NCBI GenBank assembly: GCA_016187515.1
Contig: JACPJN010000007.1
Location: 228,778-292,777 of the forward strand
Direction of reading: 5' to 3'
From: Candidatus Uhrbacteria bacterium
Lineage (GTDB): Bacteria > Patescibacteriota > Patescibacteriia > GWA2-47-26
Length of the DNA stretch: 64,000 nucleotides
A program made the translations under genes and the position numbers. Below, one piece after another: positions 60,053-64,000 of the stretch (its first letter is position 1; each line of letters begins with the position of its first letter). The notes below the pieces were generated by a model. The model was given only the letters and a program-made list of their open reading frames with translations, had not been told where the DNA came from and did not search any database.

Positions 60053-60661
60053 ATGGATTTTTCAAAAATTCTTAAAAAACTGCTGCCGGTCCCCAAGGAA
60101 TACGAAAAACTGGCCGTCATTGTCAAGCGGCACTGGGTCACTTTTATTCCGTATGCGGCCCTGTTTTTACTGCTCGCCGCTCTGCCGGCGGGCGGGTATT
60201 TCTTTGCCAAAACCTACGAGCCGCAGCTTTTGGCCACTGTCTGGCTCCCGCTGATTTTTGTGCTGGGCGGCAGCGCTTGGTATCTTTTCGCGCTGCTTTT
60301 ATTTTTCACGCACTTCACGGATTTTTTTCTGGACGTCTGGATTGTTACCAACGAGCGCGTCATCGCGATTGTGCAAAAGGGTCTGTTCCATCGGGAGGTC
60401 TCCCAAGCGCGGCTGTATCAAGTTCAGGATGTCCGCGCGATCGTTAAAGGCCCGATCCAAATGATTTTTGGACTGGGAGATTTGCGGGTGGAGACGGCCG
60501 GACTGGGGCATGGCGAATTCCATTTTGACAATATCCCGGCGCCAAACGAAGTAGCCCGTCGAATTATGGAGCTCGTCGAAGGCGACCGCAAATATCATGA
60601 GGAAAAAATTCGTTTGCTCAAAATTGAAGAAACGCCCAGAATTATTGATTCCGGAGCGTAG
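60053..60661 (+). CDS. Membrane protein with bacterial PH domain
   Basis: KRHW, two TM segments, DVWIVTNERV..QKGLF and VQDV..GDLRVETAG. Confidence 0.8.
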   Translation: MDFSKILKKLLPVPKEYEKLAVIVKRHWVTFIPYAALFLLLAALPAGGYFFAKTYEPQLLATVWLPLIFVLGGSAWYLFALLLFFTHFTDFFLDVWIVTNERVIAIVQKGLFHREVSQARLYQVQDVRAIVKGPIQMIFGLGDLRVETAGLGHGEFHFDNIPAPNEVARRIMELVEGDRKYHEEKIRLLKIEETPRIIDSGA

Positions 60662-60672
60662 TGGTGTTATAT

Positions 60673-60708
60673 TGTCCCAAAATCTCACGGCCGTGAGATT
60701 TTGGGACA
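60673..60708. repeat. Perfect 36-bp palindrome, copy 2
   Basis: Identical to 54314-54349, with flanks inverted. Confidence 0.92.
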
Positions 60709-60802
60709 GAATGGACGGGGTAGTTGCCGACGGCGGTTTCCAGGAAAATCAGAAAATCAGTGGTCTCCAGAAAAATTTAGAAGAATTGTACGAATCATTC
60801 TC

Positions 60803-63800
60803 CTACTTCACCCACTCTCCGATTTTCTTGTAGTTTTGAACTGCCCACTGACCGACCGACATTTTTGGATTGGCCTCATGAAGTTCCATGGCCTGGGCCA
60901 GCTTATAATGCGCATCATTTTCCGCTGAAAATAATCGAGCCGGACTAAATCGTGCCGGGGCATCTTCGATGAAATCCTTAACTGGCATATCATCCCACGC
61001 CATAAACCATCTTTCCGGAATCGCAAATTCGCCAAAGTGCAGCTTACCGTCCGCCGCTCGAAGTCCCCCTTCGTCAATCGGCCGCGTCAGCGCGCGCGCG
61101 TCGCGTGGAACCTGTACTCCCGCCTCATCAGGTGCTGGCGCCTCAACTGCTCCGCCTTCTGGCGCGACTGCGACCGCTGCGGCCTCGGCTTTTCCTCCAA
61201 ATTCTTTAATCGCGGACGTATAGGCCTTATCCAGCGCTTGTGCTAATTCATCTCCGGCATAGGGGTGGTCAAGATCAATGGGCGCGTCCAGTGCATGCGT
61301 ATATTCCTGCCCTTGCCAAGCCGCCGTGATTTTGTGAATAACGCCGTTTTCAACCGGCACAACATTATTTCCAAGATGCGCCGCGTAGTTATGCTCATCC
61401 GCCACATCTTCCGGCCTGACTTCTAATCCCGGAATGCCGGTAGTTTGGGCTTCATATTGCGCCACTTGTATTTCTGCTTTATGCACGGCTGGGCTCTTGT
61501 CAAAATCATCCACTATAATCTTTATACCAGTGCCATGTGCACGCGCGTCCATAATGCCCTGTGAGATACTTCGTTTCGTATTATTAAGGTAGGCCATCAT
61601 GGAAACATTGTATTTATCCGCCATGTGTTCAAGCTCCGGCATCAATGTTTTAAACTTGTCCACATCTTCAACAACAAGATCGCCATGGTCATCAAGGTGC
61701 ACTACATCCTTGGCTTTTGCAAGAAGCGCGTCTATTTTTGCTTGATCAAAATCTTTTGCAAACCACTGCGCGTGCAACCGCTCGTGATGCACCGTATGCG
61801 TCAATATTTTAATAATTTTCTCCGCGCGGTCCATTTCAATATCGGTTAAGTGATCACCTTTAACATCAAGATCCTGCAATATCACGCGCCGGAGCCCTTG
61901 CTGCACTTCTTCAAACCCATGCGCGCGATCACCAAGCGGAATTGTCAAACGATGACCATCAAGAACAGCCCGGTGCTCTTCCACAAGCGATTTAATCACC
62001 CCATGCTTGCTCAAAAATTCTTCCGGTGTCTCCACAGGCGGTGCTTCCGCCGCAGGGACCCCTGCGATAGCAGCGGGTTTCACTGGATGTACTTCCGAAT
62101 GCGTTTGTAGCGTTTCCTGTCCGCGCTCGCCGCCAAAGACAAGATGCCAAGCGCCCTTCATTCCTTTCCAAACCCGCTCTGGATAGCGCACAAAACTATT
62201 CCCAATCGCCGTAAATGGGCCATCTTTATCCCATTGATCCTGAAATTCCTGAACATTGCGCCGGATCGCTTCGGTTACTCCGCCATGATCCCATTGTGAA
62301 TACGCAGAAAATCCAATAGAAGCATAGCGCGCAGTAATGAGCAGTGCTTTTAATTTGTCCATTCCTTTCCCAGCCCAAAGCATGCCATATTCTTTCACGC
62401 CTTCCGCAATGGTTCGCTTGGCCACCACTTCCCACGCTTTTTCCAAAACTCCCGGCTCCAGCGCTTCTCCCTCACGCAAGGCCTTGGCGCGCAAATCCAG
62501 TTCATATTCTTTTTTCTGTTTAAGCGCGCGTTCAATCGGACCCATGGCAAAAAGAGCCAGACCGCGTGCAAGATACTGTTGGGTGACAAAAAGACCAGTA
62601 TTCACTGCCTCCTTTGCCAATGTAAAACCAGTTACTTTTTTAATTAAATAATCATCGACAATCCGGTCTCCGTCTTTTATTACCTGTTCGGTTGGAGCAT
62701 CGAATTCTTTTGCGCGCTTACTTAATGTATCCGCAATTTCTCCCAGTATTTGATCACGCCGTTTTGCCGATAATTTTCCATCTGAAACAAGCTGATTAAC
62801 TTGCGTCCGCAAGGTTTCCACTTTTTGGTCAAATACTTGGCGCTGATCTTCTGGCAGTGCAAAAAACCATAACGGCTCGTTTTCGCGGGTAAGTTTTCTC
62901 GCCTCCTGGGTAAACAGCTGGTCAATTTCTTTCATGATATTTCCCACGTTCTCGCCCACTGATTTCCGTGTCTTGCTTTCTTGCCTGCGTAGCGCAATGG
63001 CAAGCGGCAAATTTGCCCCAAATGCTTTAGTCAAGTTGTCAATTACAGTATTGTTAAGCAGTTTTTCAAATAATCTTCTTTTTGCCTTGCCTGGCTCTCG
63101 GGGCAATTGTTCAGTCGCGGCTTCGGCCGGCGGCGGTTCTACAAGTCGTGGGGTCTCCGGGACTGAAGGCGCTTCACGGGTCTCTGGAGTCACAGCAGGC
63201 GGGGCTGCTTCTGGCACGACCTCCGGCGCGGCCTGGCGAATCTCCTCGTCGGTTGCGCCTAGCCGCTCTTTAGCATCGCGGGCGGCTTTATCAAGTTCAT
63301 CACGCAAGCGAACAATTTCATCAAATCTCTGGGTTTGCAGTTCTTGAAGTGTACTTTGAAGGTCCGGGGGAATATCCGGCAAATCCAGAGCTGCTTGCGC
63401 ATTTATCGCTCCAAGTTGGTCAACAAGCTGACGATATTCTCGTGCTTCAGCGGGCTGTTTTTGAAAGCGCTGGCGACGGGCTTTAGGTGAAAGATCAAGA
63501 TAAGGACGCAACTTATCCAAAATACTTTGGGCCACAATTTTCAAATCCGCGATTTGCCCAGCGTAGGATTCCACCTCTTTTAGCGCATCTGCCTTGGCTG
63601 CCCGCGGACGGTACGGCACCACTGGCCCGCGCTCTAATTTCCGGGGAGAGATTTCTCCAGCGACAGCAAGACGCTCCCGCGCGCCTTCCGGCGGCGGGAT
63701 GACTGCTGGTCTGGTGTCTGGAAGCCCGGCGCCTGGCTCTACGCCAACTTCAGCCGGGGATGCGCGCTTAGCCGCAATCTCCCGGCCAATCGCAACACGC

Positions 63801-63859
63801 TCTGCATCGCTAAGCCGAGCGGCATTCGGCACTTCAAATTTTATCCGTGGTCTTGCCAT
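60803..63859 (-). CDS. Large hypothetical helical protein (1018 aa)
   Basis: Uninterrupted ORF; P/A/E-rich linkers, coiled coil and central moderately hydrophobic helices. Confidence 0.8.
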   Translation of the reverse strand: MARPRIKFEVPNAARLSDAERVAIGREIAAKRASPAEVGVEPGAGLPDTRPAVIPPPEGARERLAVAGEISPRKLERGPVVPYRPRAAKADALKEVESYAGQIADLKIVAQSILDKLRPYLDLSPKARRQRFQKQPAEAREYRQLVDQLGAINAQAALDLPDIPPDLQSTLQELQTQRFDEIVRLRDELDKAARDAKERLGATDEEIRQAAPEVVPEAAPPAVTPETREAPSVPETPRLVEPPPAEAATEQLPREPGKAKRRLFEKLLNNTVIDNLTKAFGANLPLAIALRRQESKTRKSVGENVGNIMKEIDQLFTQEARKLTRENEPLWFFALPEDQRQVFDQKVETLRTQVNQLVSDGKLSAKRRDQILGEIADTLSKRAKEFDAPTEQVIKDGDRIVDDYLIKKVTGFTLAKEAVNTGLFVTQQYLARGLALFAMGPIERALKQKKEYELDLRAKALREGEALEPGVLEKAWEVVAKRTIAEGVKEYGMLWAGKGMDKLKALLITARYASIGFSAYSQWDHGGVTEAIRRNVQEFQDQWDKDGPFTAIGNSFVRYPERVWKGMKGAWHLVFGGERGQETLQTHSEVHPVKPAAIAGVPAAEAPPVETPEEFLSKHGVIKSLVEEHRAVLDGHRLTIPLGDRAHGFEEVQQGLRRVILQDLDVKGDHLTDIEMDRAEKIIKILTHTVHHERLHAQWFAKDFDQAKIDALLAKAKDVVHLDDHGDLVVEDVDKFKTLMPELEHMADKYNVSMMAYLNNTKRSISQGIMDARAHGTGIKIIVDDFDKSPAVHKAEIQVAQYEAQTTGIPGLEVRPEDVADEHNYAAHLGNNVVPVENGVIHKITAAWQGQEYTHALDAPIDLDHPYAGDELAQALDKAYTSAIKEFGGKAEAAAVAVAPEGGAVEAPAPDEAGVQVPRDARALTRPIDEGGLRAADGKLHFGEFAIPERWFMAWDDMPVKDFIEDAPARFSPARLFSAENDAHYKLAQAMELHEANPKMSVGQWAVQNYKKIGEWVK

Positions 63860-63864
63860 ACTGG

Positions 63865-64000
63865 TTAAGTCCTATTTTTCTTGCGCGGACGCACTTTGAC
63901 CCATTCCACAAACTCCGGCAATTGCTTAACATAGTCCGGCAGGTAGGTGACCAGAACATGGTTGGGGCAACTCACCTCCTCCGGGGAAACGCCGGATTGT
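63865..64000 (-). CDS. 3' end of a hypothetical protein entering from the right edge
   Basis: Open frame QSGVSPEEVSCPNHVLVTYLPDYVKQLPEFVEWVKVRPRKKNRT* ending 5 nt before the next ATG. Confidence 0.55.
   Translation of the reverse strand, partial: QSGVSPEEVSCPNHVLVTYLPDYVKQLPEFVEWVKVRPRKKNRT

Overview
Bacterial chromosome segment in genetic code 11 (TGA is used as a stop). Its gene content and style resemble a Patescibacteria/CPR genome (inference): 4-domain RpsA, PilB, ComM, rny-ymdB-HU, lamin-tail surface protein, mostly SD-less core genes and many ORFans. Positions 1-14.3 kb hold a legionaminic-acid-type surface-glycan cluster. The rest is housekeeping genes (ahcY, ugd, two ftsH, rny, tsaE, pilB, rpsA, livHMGF, comM, infB), tRNA-Leu(TAG) and five toxin-antitoxin-like pairs. 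Most notable: (1) several families of short palindromic or tandem-repeat hairpin elements occur between genes and in frame inside conserved proteins, and two still enclose a small gene (a GIY-YIG nuclease in a 19-bp inverted repeat; an internally deleted four-helix-bundle gene between inverted 7/8-mer arrays), which suggests a REP-like mobile system; (2) the GIY-YIG inverted repeat also brackets tRNA-Leu, which is preceded by two tRNA 5' fragments; (3) a 538-aa LAGLIDADG intein sits in the P-loop of bacterial IF-2; (4) about seven GC-rich promoter-SD-ORFan-terminator cassettes lie between host genes; (5) a diverged second copy of the ugd 3' end lies behind an inserted ATPase gene. No database searches were run; family names come from motif recognition.
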